Position numbers and translations under genes: made by a program
The notes under the pieces: generated by a model
Databases searched by the model: none
What the model was told of the DNA's origin: nothing
Seen by the model: only the letters and a program-made list of their open reading frames with translations
In this document: positions 57,274 to 64,000 of the stretch, piece by piece
Layout: each line of letters begins with the position of its first letter
Numbering within the stretch: position 1 is the first letter of the stretch
Assembly: GCA_965276615.1 (NCBI GenBank)
Contig: OZ255618.1
Location: 2,598,333-2,662,332, forward strand
Direction of reading: 5' to 3'
Length of the DNA: 64,000 nt
From: Acidobacteriaceae bacterium
GTDB lineage: Bacteria; Acidobacteriota; Terriglobia; Terriglobales; Acidobacteriaceae

Positions 57274-58113
57274 TCAGCCGAATTCCGGGCCGGCGGCAGC
57301 CAGCAATTGTGCAGGATTGCCCGGTAACGTTGAAAGGCCCAGTGCCATGCGCGTGAAGCGGCGCTGCGGGCGAAAGCCATGCTCCGTCAGTACGGGCACA
57401 AGCACATTCTCGGGCCCAAGTACATCGACGAAGCCCGAGCCGGAAGCAGCACGAATCCCCTCCGCAGCCAATGCGGGCGCTTCCGCCGGTTCGGCGACAA
57501 TCGGGCCTAAATGCCACCCGTTCGATCCTTTTCGAAGAATCGTAAATCCATGTGTGGATTGAAAAGCAACGCTGCCGGGACGCGACAGAAAATCTTCCAA
57601 CAGAAAGCGCCGGTCTGCGCCGAACGCGGACTGATCGAGCGTGAGGTCTGCGGAATTGCTCGCGGCTGCAATCCCTCCGCCTTGACCTTCCCAGCGCTCC
57701 ATCGTCGAGAGCGGCACAAATCCGAGCGCCGAATAGATGTCTGTCGCAGCCGGTGCCGCATCCAGCAGCGCAGCCCGTCCGGAGTCGCGCAAGACCGAGG
57801 TGCAAGCGGCAACAAGCCGCGTAGCCAGCCCGTGTCGGCGCCATTTGGAGGTCACCAGCACCATCGAGATCCAGCCGAAGGCACGTCCGTAAGGTAACGC
57901 AGCGGTAGTTGCCACCAGCCGATCGTCAACAACAAACCCGAGCACCGTGCCATGCGTGAAAAATACCGCCCAGTCTGCCGCAACCTGGTTCCAGCCAGCT
58001 TCTTTCGAAATGAGCAGAGCGCGCGGGATCCAGGTTGCGTCCAACGGTATCGGATGGAGCGTCTCATTGAGCGCATCAGGCAACACGGCGGCGTACCTCA
58101 AATCCGGTGACAA
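57274..58113 (-). CDS. GNAT-family N-acetyltransferase (YitH-like two-domain type)
   Basis: The acetyl-CoA motif region VLVTSKWRRHGLATRLV matches the Q/RxxGxG/A type. The start codon is uncertain (TTG, no SD). Confidence 0.7.
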   Translation of the reverse strand: MSPDLRYAAVLPDALNETLHPIPLDATWIPRALLISKEAGWNQVAADWAVFFTHGTVLGFVVDDRLVATTAALPYGRAFGWISMVLVTSKWRRHGLATRLVAACTSVLRDSGRAALLDAAPAATDIYSALGFVPLSTMERWEGQGGGIAAASNSADLTLDQSAFGADRRFLLEDFLSRPGSVAFQSTHGFTILRKGSNGWHLGPIVAEPAEAPALAAEGIRAASGSGFVDVLGPENVLVPVLTEHGFRPQRRFTRMALGLSTLPGNPAQLLAAAGPEFG

Positions 58114-58446
58114 ACATCGACACGACGCAGCAGGCGATAATTAGAATATCGATGGAATTTGCGGGCTTCATCTCATCCACTTTCATCGATTATTTTGAAT
58201 CGTGTCAATAGAATAAGGAGCAGAAGCGAACAGGACGACAGAAAATTTTCATCTGTTACACTCCTCCTTGCGAACTGCGCATTTGCTCAGATTTTGCCAA
58301 AAGATCTCCGAATCTTTTTTTGCGCAGTGGTATCGGAAGAACTGCCTGCAATAATAATGACGCGACCCTGATTTTTTTGAGCGAAGCAAAAATTCTGCAA
58401 CGGATGAACGCTGCCTGTGCGGCGACCAACCTTAAGGCGAACAAAC

Positions 58447-59469
58447 ATGACGATTGATAATGAAGCCCAATTGGAAGAGAGGCTGGCGCGGCCAACGCCC
58501 GCCGATATCGCAGCCATGCGCGACTTGGACGGCGATGTAGTTGTTCTTGGGGTTGGCGGCAAAATGGGTCCCAGCCTTGTCCGCCTCATGCAGCGGGCCG
58601 TAACCGAGGCCGGCGTGAAAAAAAGAATCATCGCTGTCGCGCGTTTCTCCGACAAGGCGCTACCCGCTGCCCTGGAAGCGGACGGAATTGAAACAATCGC
58701 CTGCGATTTGCTGGAGGATGGAGCGCTGGCCAGTCTGCCCGATGCCGCCAATGTCATCTTTATGGCCGCACGAAAGTTTGGCACCACGGGATCGGAATAT
58801 CTAAGCTGGGCCATCAACACGCAACTGCCGGCATTGGTGGCGGACCGTTACCGGGAGTCGCGCATCGTCTGCTTTTCAAGCGGCAATATTTATCCGTTTC
58901 GGCCGATTCAGTTCGGCGGCGCAACGGAAACAACGCCCGCCGCCCCGCAAGGGGAATATGCCCAGTCCGTCCTGGGCCGCGAGCGCGTCTTTGAACATGG
59001 CTCTCACCGGTGGGGAACTCCGCTGGCGCTTCTGCGGCTCAATTATGCAATCGATCTTCGCTATGGCGTACTGGCCGACATCGCAAGCGCAGTATATCGG
59101 CGGCAGCCCGTAGACGTCCGCATGCCGCTGGTGAACATCATCTGGCAGGGAGATGCGAACTCCGTCTGTATCCGCTCTTTTCCTTTCTGCCAGTCGCCGC
59201 CCTTCGTGCTGAACCTTACCGGACCCGAGACCTTCAGCACCCGCTGGATCGCCGAAGAGTTTGGACGGCATTTTGGCTGCGAACCAACTTTCAGCGGCGA
59301 AGAATCCTCCTCCGCTCTCTTGAGTAACGCGGCGAAATCCCATCGTCTCTTCGGGTATCCCACAGTCACTCCCGATGAAATGATCGAGTGGGTCGCTCAT
59401 TGGATCGAGAGCGAAAATCCAATGCTCGGCAAGCCGACTCACTTTCAGACGCGGGACGGAAAATTCTAA
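58447..59469 (+). CDS. NAD-dependent epimerase/dehydratase (extended SDR) family protein
   Basis: VVVLGVGGKMGPSLV Rossmann motif, 340 aa. The start was reset to ATG 58447. Confidence 0.75.
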   Translation: MTIDNEAQLEERLARPTPADIAAMRDLDGDVVVLGVGGKMGPSLVRLMQRAVTEAGVKKRIIAVARFSDKALPAALEADGIETIACDLLEDGALASLPDAANVIFMAARKFGTTGSEYLSWAINTQLPALVADRYRESRIVCFSSGNIYPFRPIQFGGATETTPAAPQGEYAQSVLGRERVFEHGSHRWGTPLALLRLNYAIDLRYGVLADIASAVYRRQPVDVRMPLVNIIWQGDANSVCIRSFPFCQSPPFVLNLTGPETFSTRWIAEEFGRHFGCEPTFSGEESSSALLSNAAKSHRLFGYPTVTPDEMIEWVAHWIESENPMLGKPTHFQTRDGKF

Positions 59470-60476
59470 TGACCTTAAGCGAAAAATTAAAAAGCGGCCT
59501 GGTGATTCCAGCCCATCCCCTCGCGTTAAGCAGCAGCAGAAAACTGGATGAGCGCCGTCAGCGCGCCCTCACCCGTTACTATCGCGCTGCCGGAGCAGGC
59601 GGTGTCGCGGTTGGCGTGCACACCACGCAGTTCGCGATCCGCCAGGTGGGACTCCTGCGCCCGGTACTGCAACTGGCGGCGGAAGAGCTGCGAGACTCCC
59701 CGATGTTAAAGATCGCCGGCGTTTGCGGTCCGCAGCCAGGTGCGATTGCGGAGGCGGAACTGGCCGTCTCATTGGGTTACGATGCAGTGCTTCTCAGCAT
59801 GGGAGGATTGCAATCTCTCTCCTTTAAAGATCATCTGGACCGCGCCCGGGCCGTTGCGTCGATTGTCCCGGTCATCGGTTTCTACCTGCAACCCTCAGTG
59901 GGCGGCCGCATTTTCCCATACAGCTTTTGGCGGGAATTTGCGGAGATAGAGAATCTCGCCGCCATCAAAATGGCGCCGTTCAATCGCTATCAGACACTCG
60001 ACGTCGTGCGCGCGGTTCTCGATGCTGGCCGGGAAAAGGAAATCGCCCTCTACACCGGCAATGACGACAACATTCTGGTTGACCTGTTGACAGAGTTCGA
60101 TTTTGGCAGCAAGCGTGCCCATATTGTCGGTGGTCTGCTCGGACATTGGGCGGTGTGGACACGGACCGCGGTGGCGCATCTCAACACGGCAAAAGAATCG
60201 CGGGGCACGGCTGCGAAGAATCTACTGACGCTTGCCCAGCAGATCACCGATGCGAACGCCGCCTTCTTCGATCCCGCGCACAATTTCGCCGGCTGCATCG
60301 CCGGCATTCATGAAGTTCTGCGTCGGCAAGGTCTGCTCGAGGGAATTTGGTGCCTCGATCCGGAGGAATGCCTGTCGCCCGGCCAGAGCGAAGAGATCGA
60401 CCGCATCTATCGATGCTATCCACGTTTGAACGACGACAATTTTGTTCGCGAACACCTGGACGAGTGGCTTCGTTAG
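59469..60476 (+). CDS. Dihydrodipicolinate-synthase-like (class I aldolase fold) family protein
   Basis: TIM-barrel DHDPS-like sequence with a candidate Schiff-base lysine in LAAIKMAPF. The ATG overlaps the upstream stop (TAATG). Confidence 0.6.
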   Translation: MTLSEKLKSGLVIPAHPLALSSSRKLDERRQRALTRYYRAAGAGGVAVGVHTTQFAIRQVGLLRPVLQLAAEELRDSPMLKIAGVCGPQPGAIAEAELAVSLGYDAVLLSMGGLQSLSFKDHLDRARAVASIVPVIGFYLQPSVGGRIFPYSFWREFAEIENLAAIKMAPFNRYQTLDVVRAVLDAGREKEIALYTGNDDNILVDLLTEFDFGSKRAHIVGGLLGHWAVWTRTAVAHLNTAKESRGTAAKNLLTLAQQITDANAAFFDPAHNFAGCIAGIHEVLRRQGLLEGIWCLDPEECLSPGQSEEIDRIYRCYPRLNDDNFVREHLDEWLR

Positions 60477-60575
60477 CTTCTGACAGAACGAAGAGATATG
60501 CGGCTGCCCCAGATCACGACTTTTGAGACCTGGGTTCCGGCGGCAGAGACCTGAATAAACGAACAGCGGTTCCCC

Positions 60576-61742
60576 ATGCCTGACAATTCTCTCCAGCAAA
60601 TCGTCTTGCAGTCCGGACGGAATTGCGGGTTCCATCTTGCCGGAATTGCGCCTGCCGCCCCGGAAGATTCGGGCGGCGGCATGGTGGAAAACAGCGGCGC
60701 TTACGGCGACAATCGACAAACATTTCCAGAGCTTTCCTACTTCGCGCAATGGGTAGCCGAAGGCCGCGCGGGGGAAATGGAGTACCTGAAGCGCCGCGAC
60801 GCAGGCAATCGCCTTCTGCGGTCGTCTGTCCGAGTGCCGTTTCCCTGGGTTCGATCGGTGATTGTCTGCGCGGTGAATTACAACAGCGATCAGCCTTACT
60901 CAATCGACGACGCTGCGGCAAAGTCTCAAGAGAATCCAGCCTGGATTGCCCGCTACGCATGGTCCGGCCGTCAACCGGATTCAATCTCCAGATCAGACTT
61001 TCCCAGCACGGGTCCTGAAGGGAAGTTTCTCCCACCAGAATCAGCGAAGGAGTCCGCTTCGCCTCCGCCGCTCGTGCCAACCGATTACCACATCGTCATC
61101 CGTGAACGGTTGGAGCAGCTGCGCGCCGACCTGCAGCGGCAATTAGGCGACTTTCAGGCGCGTTGCTTTGTTGATACCGGGCCGCTGGTCGAGCGCATAT
61201 ACGCCAAATATGCAGGCCTGGGATGGCAGGCGAAAAACACGTGCCTGATCAATGAATCCATCGGATCATGGTTCTTTCTCGGAGTGATTCTCACCTCGCT
61301 CGATCTGCCGCGCGAGCAGTGGGCGCAGCCCATGCCCGACCGCTGTGGCAGTTGCACCCGCTGCATCGATGCGTGCCCCACGGAAGCGCTCGAACCGTAT
61401 CGTATAGACGCCTCCCGCTGCATCTCGTATTTGACGATCGAAAAACGAGGGCCGATTCCTGAAGAACTGGCGGCCAAGGTCGGACGAAATGTCTTCGGCT
61501 GCGACATATGCCAGGAAGTATGTCCGTGGAATAATCGCGGCAACGCCCGACCGCCAATCTCGGACTGGCCCGAACTACAGCCGAGACCCGAGCTGGTAAA
61601 TCCGGCGCTGGACTGGCTAGCCGGATTAGGAGAGGAAGACTATCGCCGGATGTTTCATCAGTCACCGCTCGAACGCGCGAAATATGCCGGATTTGAGCGC
61701 AATATCGCCAACGCGCAGAAGAATCACCTCGAAAGCAGTTAG
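60576..61742 (+). CDS. queG: tRNA epoxyqueuosine(34) reductase
   Basis: CGSCTRCIDACPT and CDICQEVCPWN 4Fe-4S motifs, plus CISYLTIEKRGPIPEE. Confidence 0.9.
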   Translation: MPDNSLQQIVLQSGRNCGFHLAGIAPAAPEDSGGGMVENSGAYGDNRQTFPELSYFAQWVAEGRAGEMEYLKRRDAGNRLLRSSVRVPFPWVRSVIVCAVNYNSDQPYSIDDAAAKSQENPAWIARYAWSGRQPDSISRSDFPSTGPEGKFLPPESAKESASPPPLVPTDYHIVIRERLEQLRADLQRQLGDFQARCFVDTGPLVERIYAKYAGLGWQAKNTCLINESIGSWFFLGVILTSLDLPREQWAQPMPDRCGSCTRCIDACPTEALEPYRIDASRCISYLTIEKRGPIPEELAAKVGRNVFGCDICQEVCPWNNRGNARPPISDWPELQPRPELVNPALDWLAGLGEEDYRRMFHQSPLERAKYAGFERNIANAQKNHLESS

Positions 61743-61788
61743 AGCTTTGATCAAACCGCAATCCAAATGCAATCCCGAACAGACGTCC

Positions 61789-61816
61789 GTCATTCGGGGC
61801 GCAGCGAAGAATCCAG
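61789..61816. repeat. REP-like element, solo arm (copy E3)
   Basis: GTCATTCGGGGCGCAGCGAAGAATCCAG matches 25 of 30 positions of the 56043 arm. It lies in the convergent queG/csp intergenic region. Confidence 0.6.
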
Positions 61817-61882
61817 CGGGTGCCGGGCAGCGCAATCCAGGCTAATGTTCTCTAAAATAACTTCGATTGGCCCACAGGCCGC

Positions 61883-62089
61883 TTACTGATTTCTAGTCAC
61901 GTTGAGTGCGTTCAATCCTTTTGGTCCCTGCTGACACTCGAAATCCACCGCATCGCCCTCGTTCAGAATCTTGAATCCTTCCTCCTGAATCGCGGAGAAA
62001 TGAACAAAGACATCTTCGCCTGTGGAGCGCTGAATAAATCCATACCCCTTGGCCCCGTTAAACCACTTCACCACACCACGTTCGCTCAA
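61883..62089 (-). CDS. Cold-shock protein (CspA family)
   Basis: [13 protein letters not shown] (RNP1) and VFVHFSAI (RNP2). TTG 62089 with GAGGA 7 nt upstream gives a typical 68-aa Csp; the ORF-track ATG 62119 would add 10 aa. Confidence 0.85.
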   Translation of the reverse strand: MSERGVVKWFNGAKGYGFIQRSTGEDVFVHFSAIQEEGFKILNEGDAVDFECQQGPKGLNALNVTRNQ

Positions 62090-62163
62090 AATACTTTCCT
62101 CATTTTCTCTGCCTCGCATAAATGCAACAGATGCCCGCAGAACGTTCGCCGAAGCATAAAATC

Positions 62164-62179
62164 TGGCACTGTTATGGCA
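62164..62179 (+). promoter_or_regulatory. Sigma-54-like -24/-12 element TGGCAC-N5-TGGCA
   Basis: It matches TGGCAC-N5-TTGCA at all but one position. It is on the plus strand, 139 bp upstream of the yihY-like start. Confidence 0.3.
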
Positions 62180-62317
62180 CGAATTTCCGGCGAACGCAAG
62201 AAGAATCTTTCAGAGTTCTGATCGAGAAGGATCTTACCTGCTCCGCAAGCAAGTTATAGTCGAACCAGAGCCGTCTGAACGCAGGCAGACCGGCGCGCTG
62301 CAGTCTGATCTTCCCCC

Positions 62318-63256
62318 ATGCTGACGATTACGCCACACGACGATCCTTCGGACACGATCGCGGTCACTCGCCAGGAATCTGAAGCGCAGGAGCCGCAAAT
62401 GCTGGCGCTCGTTCGCTACTTGTCGCGAACCGCGGTCCACACCTACGCTTTCAGCGTAGCGGCGAATGCCATCCTCTCCTTGTTTCCGTTCATCGTGTTG
62501 ATGCTGACCATCGCCCACAGATTTTTGCACTCGCCGCAAATGGTGGATGTCATTCGAACCATGCTGCACGCGCTTCTTCCGACAGGGCAGGACTTCGTCG
62601 TCCGCAACATGGTTTTTCTTGTCTACTCCCAGAAGCGTGTGGCCCTCGTCTCTGTCCTGATGCTGCTGGTCTCTTCCACCGGCGTTTTTCTTCCGCTGGA
62701 GGTGGCCCTGAACCAGGTGTGGGGAGTGGAAGAGAACCGCTCGTACTGGCGGAACCAGCTGATTTCCCTCGGACTGGCCTTCATGGTGGGGATTCTCGCG
62801 TTACTTTCCATCGCCGTCTCGGCCTCGCACGAGACACTGCTGAGAATGTTGTTTTTCGGCCATACCGGAACTCCGGCGTTTCATTTTGTGGAGAAAAGCA
62901 TTCTCAAGGTGCTCGGAGTCGTTGCCAGCATTTTAATTTTCTTCCTTATCTACTGGATACTTCCCAACCGTCGTGTACGGGTAATGTCTGTCCTGCCTGC
63001 CGCGATCATCACCGGCCTGTTATGGGAAGCGGCCAAGCTCGCCTACATAGCGGTGCTACCATGGCTCGATCTAAAATCTGTCTACGGGCCTTTTTCCATT
63101 TCGGTCGGGCTGATGTTGTGGGCCTTTCTCTCTGGATTGATCCTGTTGGCCGGAGCGCATTTTTCCGCCAGCCGCTGCTTGCGCAAAGACGCAGCGAGGT
63201 TAAAGAATGCGGAGCCAACAACAAATCCACCGCCGAAAGAATTGACGACCGCATAG
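62318..63256 (+). CDS. YihY/BrkB (virulence factor BrkB) family membrane protein
   Basis: 312 aa with 6 TM segments and YihY-like sequence (AFSVAANAILSLFPFIVL, YGPFSISVGLMLWAFLSGLILLAGA). Confidence 0.8.
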   Translation: MLTITPHDDPSDTIAVTRQESEAQEPQMLALVRYLSRTAVHTYAFSVAANAILSLFPFIVLMLTIAHRFLHSPQMVDVIRTMLHALLPTGQDFVVRNMVFLVYSQKRVALVSVLMLLVSSTGVFLPLEVALNQVWGVEENRSYWRNQLISLGLAFMVGILALLSIAVSASHETLLRMLFFGHTGTPAFHFVEKSILKVLGVVASILIFFLIYWILPNRRVRVMSVLPAAIITGLLWEAAKLAYIAVLPWLDLKSVYGPFSISVGLMLWAFLSGLILLAGAHFSASRCLRKDAARLKNAEPTTNPPPKELTTA

Positions 63257-63417
63257 CCCGGTGTCCCTCACGTTCATCTCATAAATTCGTCATCTGATTG
63301 AGTCATGCAGGCGATCGCAGACTGGATCGCCGCCGCCGAGCAACCGGACGACATAATCCTGATGTTTTGCCACGCAACATTAGAATGTTTCAAGCCAGCA
63401 TTCAGACAGCAGATGGA

Positions 63418-63500
63418 GTCATTCTGAATGGAGCGAAGAATCCAGAGACTGTGAGCGATGTAATTGCCGCCATCTTCCTCTGAACTCTTCGCGGAGTTTA
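63418..63500. repeat. REP-like element, degenerate copy (E2)
   Basis: GTCATTCTGAATGGAGCGAAGAATCCAGAG matches 26 of 30 positions of the 56043 arm. The ACTCTTCGC right-arm remnant sits at the same 66-nt offset as in E1. Confidence 0.6.
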
Positions 63501-63537
63501 CCCATGGCACAACCGGGGCGAAACTGACTCCTGCTGC

Positions 63538-64000
63538 CTAAAGAGAATGGTGTGGTTTTATAAGGAACGCTTTGATGGCAATTTCATTCGGCCGAATGCC
63601 TGTGGGAAGCATCGTTACCAGGCTATGCGTGGAGGTACGAATGACGGCCACATCGCCGGAGCGGGCATCGACGGCGAAGAATATGTCGCCAGCCTTCGAG
63701 AAGGCCGTAGCATCCGGACCGTCTCCGGTACGCGGCTGAACGGGGAGAAGTTGTCCATCGTCGATGCTGAAAACGCCGAGCGAGTCCGCGTCGAAGTCGC
63801 TGACGTAGAGTGTCGAATCGTCCGCGGCGATCAGCCCTCGAACCGGATGTGTCCCCACAAAATAAGCTCCGCCCACTTCATTCGTGCTGGTGTCAATTTC
63901 TGAGATCGAGCCGCCGCCGTAATTCACGGCAAAAATTTCGCCGCCATCGGGCTTCAGCGCCAGGCTCACCGGAGACGGTCCTGTGTCCAGCAGCGCGAGC
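63538..64000 (-). CDS. Partial (5' end off-window) YVTN/YncE-like beta-propeller repeat protein
   Basis: Repeats such as LALKPDGGEIFAVNYGGGSISEID and LIAADDSTLYVSDFDADSLGVFSI. The frame is open to the window edge. Confidence 0.65.
   Translation of the reverse strand, partial: LALLDTGPSPVSLALKPDGGEIFAVNYGGGSISEIDTSTNEVGGAYFVGTHPVRGLIAADDSTLYVSDFDADSLGVFSIDDGQLLPVQPRTGDGPDATAFSKAGDIFFAVDARSGDVAVIRTSTHSLVTMLPTGIRPNEIAIKAFLIKPHHSL

Noticed and set aside
63274-63510. 78-aa minus-strand ORF, the 61-aa plus-strand ORF 63298-63483, and a 40-codon ATG ORF at 63305
   Set aside because: They overlap each other and the degenerate REP-like copy, have no SD and no recognisable family. The region is treated as intergenic.
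1-64000. Search for defence islands, prophage or integrative elements, rRNA/tRNA genes and secondary-metabolite genes
   Set aside because: I recognised no integrase, transposase, restriction-modification, Cas, retron/RT, abortive-infection, phage structural, PKS/NRPS or RNA gene signatures. vapBC is the only toxin-antitoxin or defence-type module.

Overview
This GC-rich window is almost entirely carbohydrate-utilisation genes. By inference it comes from an Acidobacteriota-like genome, because it carries three about 1,120-1,185 aa TonB-dependent receptors whose N-termini look like carboxypeptidase-regulatory domains and which have no SusD partner. I see four blocks. (1) 1-15.2 kb: a LacI-controlled operon (mutarotase, FGGY kinase, TIM-barrel isomerase/epimerase, cupin isomerase-like protein, SSS permease), two unclassified glycoside-hydrolase-like paralogues and a TBDR. 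(2) 15.4-16.1 kb: a vapBC toxin-antitoxin cassette. (3) 16.2-42 kb: an alpha-galactoside-type island with GH27+2xCBM, a DUF5107/TPR giant protein coupled to an MFS porter, GH36, a LacI regulator, GH97, two inverted paralogous TBDRs, a YeiH-type transporter and a clan GH-A-like hydrolase. It also holds an odd lipoprotein with a 19-glycine linker and a Cys-rich tail. (4) 42-60.5 kb: a truncated GH3 remnant, an SDR, a DHDPS-fold gene, a PaoABC-like molybdoenzyme, and a tightly coupled cluster of Gfo/Idh/MocA oxidoreductase, AGE epimerase, unknown repeat protein, NagA-type deacetylase, MtnK-like kinase, enolase paralogue, RhaT permease, SDR epimerase and DHDPS-fold protein. The last 3.5 kb holds queG, a cold-shock gene, a YihY/BrkB gene and a partial beta-propeller gene. 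I found no rRNA, tRNA, CRISPR array, integrase, transposase or recognisable defence system other than vapBC. The best candidate for undescribed biology is the kinase-enolase-deacetylase cluster, a possible oxidative amino-sugar route, but that is inference from gene content. Non-coding signals include a shared LacI-type operator at three promoters, a 455-bp MITE-like element, a REP-like repeat family and hairpins with TGAA/TTCA-type loops. Many long antisense ORFs in the track are GC-bias artefacts.
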